This document shows, in pieces, positions 1 through 12,023 of a DNA stretch of 64,000 nucleotides. Numbering within the stretch: position 1 is the stretch's first letter; each line of letters begins with the position of its first letter. The DNA comes from Convolutriloba macropyga (Eukaryota). The stretch spans positions 21,204,001-21,268,000 of the forward strand of contig NC_134478.1 of the NCBI RefSeq assembly GCF_964194025.1, read 5' to 3'. The translations under genes were made by a program, and so were the position numbers. Below the pieces are notes generated by a model. It worked only from the letters and a program-made list of their open reading frames with translations, made no database searches and had not been told where the DNA came from.

Positions 1-1261
1 AAGCAAGTGAATTTAGAATCAAGAAATTGGGTAAATGCTCAGAAAAGGCTCAAAAATTAGCCGTAATTACACCAGCTTATTTTTTCATATCTTGAGATAA
101 TTGAGTTCTCCGGGCTTAATTTAGCCTAATCATTTGAGAAAATACCTTTTAAGGGCCCTAAATGTGGCCTGATTTCTAGGGGTTTTGTATATCCGTACTT
201 ATTGTGTAATGACCGAAAAATGCGTTCCAGGTCATTTGTTCATGCCTAAATCTTCGAATAATAATTTTAGTATACTTTCAAGGTGTTTCGTTTACTACGA
301 TTATCAGGTCCGAATAATATATTTGTTTTAAATTTGGTACCAACTTAGTTTGAGAGAATCAAATCACAATCAAATCTTGATCTGTACAGATAACTATATT
401 TCTCTTTGATCTAATTTCGGTTTCGGTTTATAAGGTTCATCGAGAAAATTTAAAGGTTAGTTCAAATTTTTTAACATTCGTTTTTCTTGTAATTCTCAAG
501 TTCCAATTTCTACACGTAATAAACCGTCCGTTTGCGTCGTTTCAAATAATGGGAAATCACAAGGAAATTACTTATGGACTTGATTATGAACTTTTTCTTG
601 ATCATAACAAAATTCAGTGAGTAGGGTTCAATGAACTAAATCCCCGTTATTCTACACAAGTATGTTAAAGTTTTAACTTGAAGAATGACTCATAATGTTT
701 GCCTTGTTTTATAAATAAGATACAGAAAAAAATTTTAAATAGAAAAAATAGCGAATGAAAGAATCCGAATATACAGAAGTATTCTTTCTTTCTTTGTTCA
801 GATTAAACATATCAACAATTTCACATTGCTGAAGTCGAACATACCGAACTAACCAAACACACCAACGATTGCAAATCCAAAGATAGCAAACATTTCTTAA
901 CTCGTTTTTCTTCAGTTTTTTGGACCATGAAAGGCATTAATAATCTAAGATCTTGTGAACAAATTTATGAGATCAGTCTTGCTCTTTTTAAATCTTGTAA
1001 GATTCTGAAGTTACTTATGAAGCAATAATATTGCAATTTGTTAAGATTTGAACTGATCGATGACAATGGTATAAAAGTTTCCACGGCAGCTGATAGTTAC
1101 TGAGAATGCGTCTTGCCAGAGATAATTGATTTGACTATTAATATCAAACCCAGGGAATAATAAATTTACATGCGAATCTCTAGAAACTGTTAATATAATT
1201 ACGTTCACTTAGTGAAAATAGTTTTCTAAAGATAATCCGCGAATGTCAACATAATCACTTT

Positions 1262-1291
1262 CTACCGAAGGTAATCAAATAATGCATATCC
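1262..1291 (-). CDS. Possible terminal exon (GYALFDYLR*) of the minus-strand coiled-coil gene
   Basis: Minus-strand acceptor gttatctgtgtag| at 1293-1292, phase 0, matches the phase-0 donor at 1365 (74-nt intron); TAG stop at 1264-1262. Very short and no homology recognised. Confidence 0.3.
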   Translation of the reverse strand, partial: GYALFDYLR

Positions 1292-1365
1292 CTACACAGA
1301 TAACTTGGACCAGATAAAGCATGGTGGGAACGATTTTGACCATAATATAATATGCACTAAATTAC

Positions 1366-1537
1366 CTCTGAAGCAATGCTGTTGCTCTCGTAGGGTAAAA
1401 ATAAGGGGATTCCGCTGGATGCTGTCCCATTCATACCTTCCACGAGCCTAGGATCGTCCATTGCGTGAACACCTCCAGTCGGTTGTGCATGGTTAGGCAA
1501 GACAGAAAAGCTGGTACGATAAGTGTGGTCATCAAAA
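1366..1537 (-). CDS. Internal exon of an uncharacterised minus-strand gene (FDDHTYRTSF...NSIASE)
   Basis: GC-richer island; minus-strand acceptor ttgtatttcag| (1539-1538) and donor GAG|gtaatt (1365-1364); only one of three frames is open; its phase matches the phase-2 donor at 6489. Confidence 0.6.
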
Positions 1538-2189
1538 CTGAAATACAATGGAGAGCGCATAAAAGCGCGGAGAACACCACCGTAAAAATTCTTAGGTTTG
1601 GACCTCAACTTATGAAAAGACTATAAATTTAGTAGGAGGTCCAATATTGACAACAATTACATTGTCAGGCACCTAGTTAAAGTGGACGCAAAGTATTTTC
1701 GTAGGTACGGCTAAGGTCTTTCCATAGTAAATTAAAGTTGAGCACGGTCGTTTCACAGATCGATCAAGAATCTTTTAATAAATTAATTTGATTCGAGCAT
1801 ATTCGTTTCATGGGCCGAGAAATATTGATTTTTTTTGGATCAGAAGTAGTCTTTCATTTCTTGTGGATACACAGTCATCCATGATCAACGCCAAACAAGC
1901 ATTGTAGTTGGAAGTCCCACTTACAAAACATACAGATTTTTGCCAAAAAAACTTTAAAAAATTGATCTTCCTAAGAAGAATCATTTAGAATCAATAATCT
2001 ATATACAAAATTTGATTCGATGAATAGCTACTTAGTATATCTCTAACAATGGTCAATTGAACAGCAAATATTTTGTCGGCTATAACTTTGTTGTTTTCAT
2101 ACCGAACATGCATAATTTTTGATAAATGTAAATGCAAATTTCCTATTTCTAAATAACTTCATGATTAACGAATATTTTTAATTCAAACA

Positions 2190-4825
2190 GACTCCCCAAT
2201 CTGGAAAAAAGCGCTAGTTGAAGTTAGGCGTTGTATGAAAGTCTTCTGGAATTAAAACTATGCCGTTTTTTTGCGGATTTAACTCGATAATTATACAAAA
2301 TGCATCGTTCTTTTTTTTAAAATTGGAAGAATTCCACGCAACAATTGGTCTAATTCGCACACACTTGGAAAACTTGGTCGGTTTGCTAAGCGCGAAACAA
2401 AATCAGGGAGAGATTCGAAAATATCATGGATTCTTAGAATCAGAGACTTTTTTGTTTTTATTTTGATGCTGCCTTTTTTCAAAATATTTTGTTTTTGCTT
2501 TTTAATGTTAATTACTGAAAATATTTTTTATTCACGGCTCCGTTAATGACGGCTCTAATTTACGTAAACTTGAGGCCGAATGTAGATACAGTTTTTTCCG
2601 GAGCATCAAAAGTTGTTTGGCTTTGAGGAAGAGTTTTAGTAAAATTTAACTTAAGTCTTTTCTTTTGCCTTCAATTATTATTCCCTTGGCAGTCTGGTTT
2701 TTAAGTTTAACCACTCAATGATCTAAATTTCTTCCTCAAGAGGTGCAAGTGAACCGTTTTGATTCATTTGTTACTAATGTCTCTTGCGTTATTGAATGTA
2801 TTTGTTTTAAAGAAATTTCTGTGTTTTTTTGAACTGACATTTTTTATATTAATTTAGTCAACATTTTGCTGATTCTCAGTAAGTACAGGTCAACCATTCC
2901 TCCGTATAGAATACAAACCTAATTTGGTGGCCGAATGTCTTACCAAAAGGTTTTCTTGCCTTTCGTATTACGAGTTTTCATACAAAACATTCTGATTTTT
3001 GTGCATAATTGCCCATTTTTGCTGTTGTTTTTATTTCTTTTGTAAATTGTCACATTATTTAACAATCTACCCGAAAAAAACTTACATTTGAAACTGAACA
3101 TATTTTTCGTTTTCATAACATATGGTTTGAAGGGCTGCGACACCGTTCTCTTGCAGACATTGATAGAGTTTTTTATTTTTGCCCTTTATTTCTTTTTAAT
3201 TTTTTTATCTTAACTTTTTTTTTCAATTTTTGTTGTCATATGCCAAATATTGTGTCATTAGAAGTCTCAGTGGCCATCTACGGATGAACAAATGAACTTA
3301 ATAACTGATATCGGTAAATAGCTAATGTTTGTTTTGACTTTCAAATTAAAATTCTAAAAAAAAAAGAGTAATAGCATTCTTCAAATTATCCCTTTTTGTT
3401 CTGGTTTGCATTTTTTTTCGTATTTTGCAATGTTGTATCATTTTCGTAAATTAGTCTCATTATTTAGAGTTCTTTTGAGTGTTTTTGTTGAATCAAACAA
3501 TTTTTCTGTTGTTTAAACATTTTAAATGATGTCTTCAGGGCTTAGACAATTTATTTCAGAAGAATTTTGCGAAGTTTAGAAACTTTTCAGTTTTTGTGGT
3601 TGTTTTTGTTGTCAAAAGAGACGCAAACGAAGATGTTATGTTCTCGCGGTCAATACTCTTTTAAATTTAATGACTTCAAAATTGTGGTTTTGTAAAGTTG
3701 TTTGTGAAACTTATTAGTTCAGCTTGTATTTAATGTTATTTTATGGTCTTATGATTCAGTCTCATTAATTGCAGTTGCAAATAGTTTTCACATTAGTTGC
3801 AAGACAAATTGTCTACACTTTTAGTCGAAAAATTTGTTGCCTATGAATTTTGAAAATATTTGTTTTTAATAAAACAGAGATAGATTTTTGAGAACTGCCA
3901 GTTTTTTTACTGTTAAATTGTGGCTAAGCATCTCTATAAACAATCACATCATTTATCTATTGGATTAAAATTTGCTCTTCATAACGGTTTTATTTTCCTC
4001 AAATGGTTTTTCTTCTTGGAACAACCAGTTTTCTTAAAACCAATTTTCGTGATTTTTGCATATTTGCACCTTTTTGTAGGTTTTTGTTTTCTTTTCGCAG
4101 TATCGCAATAATGGGCGTCATTTGATTTACAAATACTGTCACCTGCAAAAAACTCAAACAATGATTTTTATTGTTTTTAGTGATCAGCTTAATTTTTAAT
4201 TGATTGGGTGGACATCGTTTTCGTGCATAATTTTTCGTGCAAATTTTTAGTTTTGCCTGTATTTGTCGTTCTTTTTTAGTCGTATGGCATATCCTGGATA
4301 ATGAAAGGCCTCAGTTACTCTCTATTGAGGTATAAAAGACTCTCTCAATGATTTCATTTGATGCGTAATGTTTCTAATCATTTCGATTTTTTTTAAAAGC
4401 AATATTTTAATAAACTTTGCCCCTTTGCTCATTTCTAGTCGACTTGTTGCCAAGTCGCATTGAGGAAAAGTCCCATATTTTGTTCCAAAAAAGTGCCGGT
4501 TAATCTTCTGAGTATAAATTTTATCTGATGCCATTTTGATTTGGTGATTAGTGGTTTTCAAAAAATGGGCAAAGAGTTTTGGTCGTAATTAATAATTGTA
4601 ACTATTTGATTTTTATTTTCGTCTTTTCTGGTAGTCATATTATGGTAGCTACAGGTCTCATAGCCCTCTAGAGTAGATTGTTATATTCCTTTAGTAGTTT
4701 GTTGAACGATATGTTGATAAGTTTATTTTTTAAACTCTTCCTCATTTGGTAGACAATTAAGTGAAAAATATAGATGAGTGGGGTCGGAACTTACTGTGCG
4801 AACGCACTTTACCGAGCCTCTTTGT
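2190..4825 (+). mobile_element. 5'-truncated Helentron/DINE-1-like non-autonomous element (HINE)
   Basis: 3' end GGGGTCGGAAC (4780-4790), then hairpin GTGCG-AA-CGCAC, then CCGAGCCTCTTTGT. The interior shows patchy similarity to the 29422-32454 copy (e.g. 4450 vs 32066, 4577 vs 32191, 2390 vs 30067). 5' terminus not found; left boundary approximate. Confidence 0.65.
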
Positions 4826-4827
4826 CG

Positions 4828-4872
4828 ATATATATATATATATATATATATAAATATTTATTTATATATTTA

Positions 4873-4913
<41 letters not shown>
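4828..4913. repeat. Interrupted (TA)n microsatellite
   Basis: Direct reading; abuts the HINE 3' end. Confidence 0.95.
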
Positions 4914-4917
<4 letters not shown>

Positions 4918-6489
4918 GCCAATTTCCTATTTCTAAATACTTTCATGAATAATGAATAATTTTTTTTTCAATAACAGTTGAATACGTTTTATGATTTAAC
5001 CGACTTCCAAAGTGCATGCAAAATTTTGGGTCCAGTTTAAAAAATAGAGGGGATCCAGAGCCGAGTATCAAATAAGAGTTGAGCTACAGTCGAGTAGCAA
5101 AAATTCGATAAAGCTGTAGTTCGACATCAATAATTTGGGTCGAATTAAAGTCATGATGAACACTTAAGTTGAGCTGAAGTCTTTTAGTGGAGTGTTTCAA
5201 TCGATCATCGTCTTTTCATAGGCAAAGAATTTTTGGTATAGCATGTCAAACTTTCATTACTATACATTAGAAAAAATGCTACTGTTAGAAATCCATTGTT
5301 TGAAAAAAAAGTTAGCTTTCTAAATCAGAAATCAATACTTAAGTCGAAGAAGTCAACAGTTCAATTGATGTACAATCTTGCTTCAGCTTAAAAAAAATCG
5401 GTGTAATACCAATAATGCTCTTCGGGTCGTAATAACAATGTCGACACCATTAAGTATCAATTAGTTTTGCTTGTATAAAATACTATTGATTTATTGATTT
5501 TCTTTCCTTTTACAAAATGCGTACATCACGGAAATTTAAGCGTTGTTTGTTGTATAATGGCTTGTAGCTATTAAATTTTTTATGTACAAAAACATTTGTC
5601 CATGAACTGTTCCCTTAGATATATCAATATTAGACTTCTTTAATCAATATCTCCTCGCTGTACGTACGGTGAGGAGGAATCAAATATAAAGATAATTAAG
5701 GTAAGGTCTTACCGTCATATAAATTATCCGCTCTTCAAAAATAAATTGTAGTAAAATGAACAATTGATAGGTATTGATGTTTTCTGTGGATACTGTTACA
5801 ACTCGTTATGTACTTGGACTATTGGGTCATCAATTTTGCCCAAAGTCCAGTTTCACCACAATTTACATTACTGCGTTTGTACGGAAGACCAAACAAACAC
5901 GAAAACAACCATGTAGGAAATCTGCGGTAGCATCAATTTTAAACGTGATGAAGCTTCGGAATGCTCAATTTTGTCGTTATGGTTGGTTTAATTCACCAAA
6001 AATGTTCATTATGTTTGTCTTTTAACTGTGGTAAACGTAATCGTGTTCAATGTGAAGCCTTATAAAAAAATAGTTTACCTGCATGTCAGAAAATAGGGTT
6101 TGTCTCGCAATGTAGTCAAACTTTTGATGTGAAGCGCAACACAGCGGTTGAACTCCCACGTTTGAAAAGCAAAATTTTCGATTTTTATCATTTTTTTGAA
6201 AACTGACAATTACGATATAAACATTAAGGGTTTTGCTGTTTTTGTCTAACTAATGCCAAACATACCAACGATTTTCCACCTTTAACTTCGAGAGTTTCAG
6301 GATTAGGACTGCATTATTTACGGAGTCAAAGTGACAATTACCTAAATGCATCGCATGAATATCGTTTGGTATCTTTGAAAAGCCCTAAAGAGCTCAAAAA
6401 ACTTATCATATAGCCAAAAATGAAAAAAAAAACCCGAAAACTTGTAGTAACAACGCAACGAAAAAGATATATAAGTCTAGTTAACTTAC

Positions 6490-6635
6490 ACTTTGCTGTG
6501 ATTTTGTTCTCTTTGTTGTTCCCTGAGTTGTTCCACTTCCTGTTTCAAGTCTTCTATTATCCGAGTGTTCTTCAATCGGTTTTTCTTCAGTTCGTTCAGA
6601 AGCAACACTCGACTTGTGTCAGAATGCATGGCCAT
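6490..6635 (-). CDS. Probable first coding exon of an uncharacterised small coiled-coil protein (MAMHSDTSRVLLLNELKKNRLKNTRIIEDLKQEVEQLREQQREQNHSK)
   Basis: Minus-strand ATG at 6635 with an in-frame TGA just upstream; heptad-like E/K/Q/L-rich peptide; canonical donor GT|gtaagt (6489-6484), phase 2, compatible with exon 1537-1366. Missed by the ORF track. Confidence 0.6.
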
Positions 6636-7066
6636 TCTTCATCCATAAATCTGATAACTTATGTCAGGAAAAAATTAAGAGGAAATAGTTTTAAAAGAGG
6701 AATAAAACAAGGAGAACACTTTGTTATGTTTAGTTTCAGTATTAAAAAGCATATCTCGCGTTGTCTGTGAAACGTGATCGTCTTTACCAGCAGTTTTCAA
6801 AAATAATATTCAAACAGAACCAAATTGCAGTTCTCTAATGTTTTTTTATTTTAAAGTTGTACAAATGCATCTACCATGTTTATAATTCTCTTGACGTGTG
6901 CGCTTTTACTCAAACGCGTTCAGCGGCTGTGTGTAAGTTGTCGTTTCAACGTACAAGCTGACGTTGAGCCATTCGAGTTACAAATGGCATTTGCAAAAAC
7001 GCTATCAAAAAGTATGAAAAAAGCCGCGGAAGCCGATTGCCATCCCGATTGAGCTTCTCCAGACTT

Positions 7067-7505
7067 CCCGGGTCGAGGTTTGGCGTTGAATTTTTGTAAG
7101 AAATGCGGTGAAATGTGGTGAAAATAAAAAATTTTCACAGCGTATTTCTTACAAACAACTGTTGGCGGTGAATGTGGTGAAATATTTATTGTCACCGCCT
7201 TCTCAGTATTCCTACAAAAAAGATGCTTCCTTACACGGTTTCGAACCTGTTACCTCCCGCAAGCCTTCACCTTCTTAGTCCACTGCCCCAACTGTCACTT
7301 GCTGCTACGGTATTTCTTGTGAACTTAAATCACATTCAGTAAACGTTGGAAAGCCAATGCGGTGAATTTTTGTAAGAATTGCGGTGAATTTCGAGGTGAA
7401 TTTTCGTATGAAATGCGTTGAAATGCGGTGAAATTTTTTTTTTTCACATCTTTCACCGCAATCGCCGCATTTCTTACAAAAATTCACCCAATACCTCGAC
7501 GCGGG
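7067..7505. mobile_element. MITE, CACTA/EnSpm(CMC)-like non-autonomous element
   Basis: Imperfect TIRs of about 40-55 bp (CCCGGGTCGAGGT...GAATTTTTGTAAGAAATGCGG / CCGCATTTCTTACAAAAATTCA...ACCTCGACGCGGG), internal GCGGTGAA subrepeats, TT on both flanks. Confidence 0.8.
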
Positions 7506-7788
7506 TTTGACTTCTGATCAGACTATTTTAGGTCGCACACGCGCGCATAGTTCAACCCAAAATTAATGCTCTGTAACAAACCGGGTCGCTAAAGACTGCA
7601 CGGCAGCGGTAGTCGCAAAAGGACTGATCTGTGGACAAAATCATGAAGATCGTATGGTCACGAGTCGCCTGATTTTATCATCAAAGGGAACAAAATGAAA
7701 AACCAGTCAAAAACGCCGTTCATTGATTAAACCACTTCTGTTAACCAAGATTTTAAAGCAAGGACAATGTTTGAGAGTTGGGCCATTT

Positions 7789-9170
7789 CCCGGGTTGACC
7801 TTTCTTGGCAACCATATCGAAGAACCATATATGGTCCCATACAGGCCATACAAAATTTTCTTATATGATCTTGCTATGGTTGCCAAGATCTCCATATATG
7901 ATTCTTATATGGCATCCAAGAATCCAATGTGGTCATTTGTGCGTTCTTTCAACGCCCATACAAAGCTTATGCAGCAGTTCCAGCTTTTAACGCTTTACAC
8001 GACTTATGGCATATTGGTAACATATATGGTTCTTACATGGCCCATATATGGTTCTTATATGGTCCATATATGGTTCTTATATGGTCCATATATGGTTCTT
8101 ATATGGTCCATATATGGTTCTTATATGGTCCATATATGGTTCTTAAAAGTTTCTTATATGGTTCCGGCATGTTTCTTACATGGTTATTACCTTGTCCACT
8201 CAAGGCCATTACAACAAAACCTTTGTGATTAGATATATGGTGGTTGCATGATCCATATATGGTTCTTACATGTTTCTTTGATGGCTCATATATGGTTCCG
8301 ACATGAGCCAAACATGGTCCATATCAAGTTATTCCAAAAAAACCTTTGTGATTAGTTACATGATTCTTACATGATCCACAAATGGTTCTTACAAGATTCA
8401 TACATAGTTCTTGCATGACCCACAAATTGTTCCATAACGGTTCCTGTATGGCTCTATGGTTTTCTAAATATCCACGTATAGTACGCCATTTTTGCATGGC
8501 TGCTCTGTGTTTGCTACATGCATATGGATGCCAAGAAGAATATAAAGGAACTGAATCTGCTTTTTCTCTAGAAACAATGTTTTTGTGCCAAATTTTAAAG
8601 TCGTTTCGTATCTTTTCTTCTATTATTTTTTTTGAGAACTCCACATAGTGCTGAAGTAATACATATGCCTTTTGCAACCAAAAATGTGTTACTTACTGCC
8701 ATTTTTCAAGTTTTTTAAACACTCTTTAAGAAATCTGACAAGTCATGGATTTCTTGGCAACCATATGCAAGACCATAAATATTTATGGTCTTGGATATGG
8801 TTGCCAAGAAATAAAAAATCGAACTAACTTAATTTGCTTTTTTGGAACGCTTAATGTAGTCAGAAGATGTTAATTAAGCTGTTCTCTGTAATATTTTTGT
8901 ATTTTTTGACTTTGACTTTTATGGTCCTATATGGCACCATAAATGTGAATGGTCTTGGATATGGTTCCCAAGACACCATGAACTTCAATTTTTTTTCAAG
9001 TGTTTTGATGAGTTTCTCTCCACTCAGAGTGCATTGTATGGGTGTTTTAAGAGCTTTATGAGCAATGTTGATTTTTTTGCATGGTCAGCTATATGGTTGC
9101 CAAGTTACCATGAACTCCATATATGGCTTGGATATGGTTGCCAAGAAAGGTTTATGGTGGTCAACCCGGG
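7789..9170. mobile_element. CACTA/EnSpm(CMC)-like non-autonomous element with subterminal repeats
   Basis: Termini CCCGGGTTGACC / GGTCAACCCGGG, subterminal inverted TTTCTTGGCAACCATATC / GATATGGTTGCCAAGAAA, TT on both flanks, internal CCATAT/ATATGG repeats. Confidence 0.85.
8020..8165. repeat. ~21-bp minisatellite (GGTTCTTATATGGTCCATATAT)n inside the MITE
   Basis: About 6 units read directly; explains the repetitive spurious ORFs at 7723-8311. Confidence 0.9.
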
Positions 9171-11410
9171 TTCTGAGCGTTTTCTGACAAGTAAGATATT
9201 TTCAATATATTTTTTCTTTATTGTGTAGATTTGTAGCCTATACATTCCTGGGCGAGAGAGAATGGCTATCTCATAAGATCTTGCATGAATCTTATGACAG
9301 ATGGTTATCTGATAAGTTCTGACAAATTTACTACAAAAGATGGCCATTTATTATTCAGTTACTGCATTGGAAAATTGAGAAAAGGTTGCGCATATTTGAT
9401 CAACTTTTTGAGAATTAATTCATTTGAAAACTGCTTTTCAATATAACAAACTAAAATTTTGCTGCCCCAATACAAAATTGTTACTTTTTAATTTTGGTTC
9501 CAAAAGCATGAAATCATTTTCGTTTATTTTTCTTTTTTTTTCATTATGCTTTTTGAATAACAAGTTCTTCCTGAATTGATTGTCCTTAAATATATATTTC
9601 TTATTGCACATAATCTGGAGCAACATTAAAAAACAACTATATTCTTGCAGGTATTATTGATGACCTTATTGATGACCTTATGATTGGTCATCTAATAATG
9701 ATTTTTTTAGATCACCAATTTTTTGCTAACTTTTGATAAATTTTTCAATTTTTTAAATTTTTGAAAATTTGTGTGATTTTTTAAAATTTTCGAGACTCTG
9801 GGGCAATGCAACCTCCTCTAGAATTTGATAATAGGTTACTGCATAATTTCTTCTAGTAATGGAATGCTTTTACAACATTTTAAATTGTCAATTTTTTGCA
9901 ATTTTTTTAAGAATAAATGCAATTTTGATCAGGATGTTTTGCGAAATGTTTGTCAGTTTTTGAATTTTTCTCACCCTAAGGGCCAGGTAAACTCTTCTAG
10001 TGTTTGATAATAGGTTACTGCCAAATTTTCAGGGAAATGGAATGGTTTTCAACTTTTTAATATTTTAATTTTTTTTTGGACCAGTGAAACTTTTCTTAAG
10101 CTTCAAATAGTGTTCCTGAATAGGGTTACAAAAAAGTGTATAAAAACAATGAAATGGTTTTGAAGATATATTCATCACGAATTTCTGCAACCTTATAATA
10201 AAGACTTTATAATAAAATGTTGTCGTTTTTTTGTTATTTTCTGAGTCTATTGAATTCCAAGGGACAAATTAATTTAAAGTCCAGCTGATGGATAACTGAA
10301 AAAATTTGAAAGGCAGGAAAAATGGTTTCGAACACATTATTATGGCAAAATTTAGAAACTTCGAAAAAAATTTGCCATTTTTAATTCATTTTTAAAGTAT
10401 TTGACATATTTCTCGAGTTTTTCTATCTTTAGTCGCAGATTATTTCCGTTCAAGGCTTGCACGTGGGATAAAGGGTATATTTAAGTGGATCAAATCTGAC
10501 CTGCAAGGTAAAAGCAGTGATCATGTTTTTGGTTAGTTTGTTTGATTGTTTTAGTTTCTCCAATTTTGGGACTTTTTGTTTTTTGGCTGCCATTGTTCAA
10601 CTGATCTGCTCGTCAGACGCAGTAATTTTTTATTCAATTTCTTGGCTTGCATTTCAGGACTTGTCCTGCTATGTTTTATTTTTCTCTTTCTCTCATGGTG
10701 TTTCAAGTTGTTTCAATGAAGTTGTTTTTCGGATATCATTTTGCTAGGCCTCAATATTAAAATAGCACATTTAATGCAAAAACAAACATTTTTAGCACGC
10801 CTTTTTATGTTCACTGTGTTATGCCTTAAGGCTTGGGTTGTGAATTCGTGAACAAATCTGTTCAAAGATTTGGCGAGAGCTAAGCATTACAATAGATCAA
10901 TTCTGGCGACAGACTTAGTTCGCTTCAAAACAATATCCTGCTTAGTCAATCGAAAAAGTTTTTAATATTATTCTCTACAAAACTCAATTTTTACGGTCTA
11001 AACAATGTGTTCAAAACACAGTATAACTCACGTCAAATTTCAATTTGTCGCCAGTTGACAACGGAGGTTATAATTCTGTTACCATTATGTGGCCATAATC
11101 GATTCAAACTGTGCTTACAAATATTCAGAATGTAAATTTTATGCTCGGATAATTGTTTCTAAATTATAATGAGGTCTAAATTAAGATTCTTATCTCAGTT
11201 TCTTCTGAAGAAAGTAACAAAATAATTACGACGTGATCTATGTTACCACATGACATCAGATGTTATAAGTCTATTTATATGTTCACATGAGAACGAAGCC
11301 GAGACAATTAGAATTTTGATGCGCTCATCTGATTACATCAGTTGATCATTGTTGAGATGAGTTTTGGCAGGTCATTCTTTAGTTGATTCCGAAAAGCTAA
11401 ACTAAAAAGT

Positions 11411-12023
11411 ATGCCTTTGGTTTCTGTCAAAATTAAAAAAACCACTCGAGCAAAAACAGCATATGAGGCGAAGGCAGGTAGTCTCTTTCATATTGACAGA
11501 TGGAGCCCCACAAACCGAGAAAGATGTTGGCTATTGATGTCTGGGGCAAGCGACCCCCCTAAGGACGTTGAAATTTCAAATCGGAGGCCTAGGATAAAGC
11601 AAAGCGCATTATCTTCCATACGAGATGGACATTACCTCTACGGTGTCCCAGAAGATCTTAAGAATATGTATAAAGCAATTCCCGAGGAAGAAGATGCAAA
11701 GTCTGTGTTGAAACTGACGATGACAAAAAAGGATGTAAGAGAGCACATTCAAGAATTCTTCCAAAAATGCCAAAGGGAGGACAAAAAGCCAATGTTGTAC
11801 TACACGGGCCATGGTCAAAAGAAAACTGGCAACTGGTGCTGCAGTGATGGAACTATAACGATCGAGGAGATATTCGGAAGGATTCCCAAAGGAATGGAGT
11901 ACCCTACAATCATCAGTGATTCTTGCTACAGTGGAAGATGGGCCAACTTCTGTTTGGCAGAGAATATTGGTGGCTTCGGGTGTCTTTCTGCTTCTCGTGA
12001 GGATGAACAGGCCTATGATGCGG
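11411..12023 (+). CDS. Exon 1 of a metacaspase-like cysteine protease (clan CD, peptidase C14-like)
   Basis: Caspase-hemoglobinase fold motifs in order: CWLLMSG (beta1), LYGVPEDLKNM (cf. LxGCxNDA), TKKDVREHI, MLYYTGHG (His134 at 11810), TIISDSCYSG (Cys172 at 11924), CLSASREDEQAYD. Donor G|gtaata at 12024, phase 1; the ORF tail beyond it is AT-rich read-through. Confidence 0.85.

Noticed and set aside
8020-8165. Regular short repeats resembling a CRISPR array
   Set aside because: Head-to-tail units without unique spacers, no cas genes, eukaryotic context.
7707-8677. Cluster of overlapping ORFs up to 169 aa with YGSYMVHIWFL repeats
   Set aside because: Translation of the ~21-bp minisatellite inside a MITE; open in several frames on both strands.
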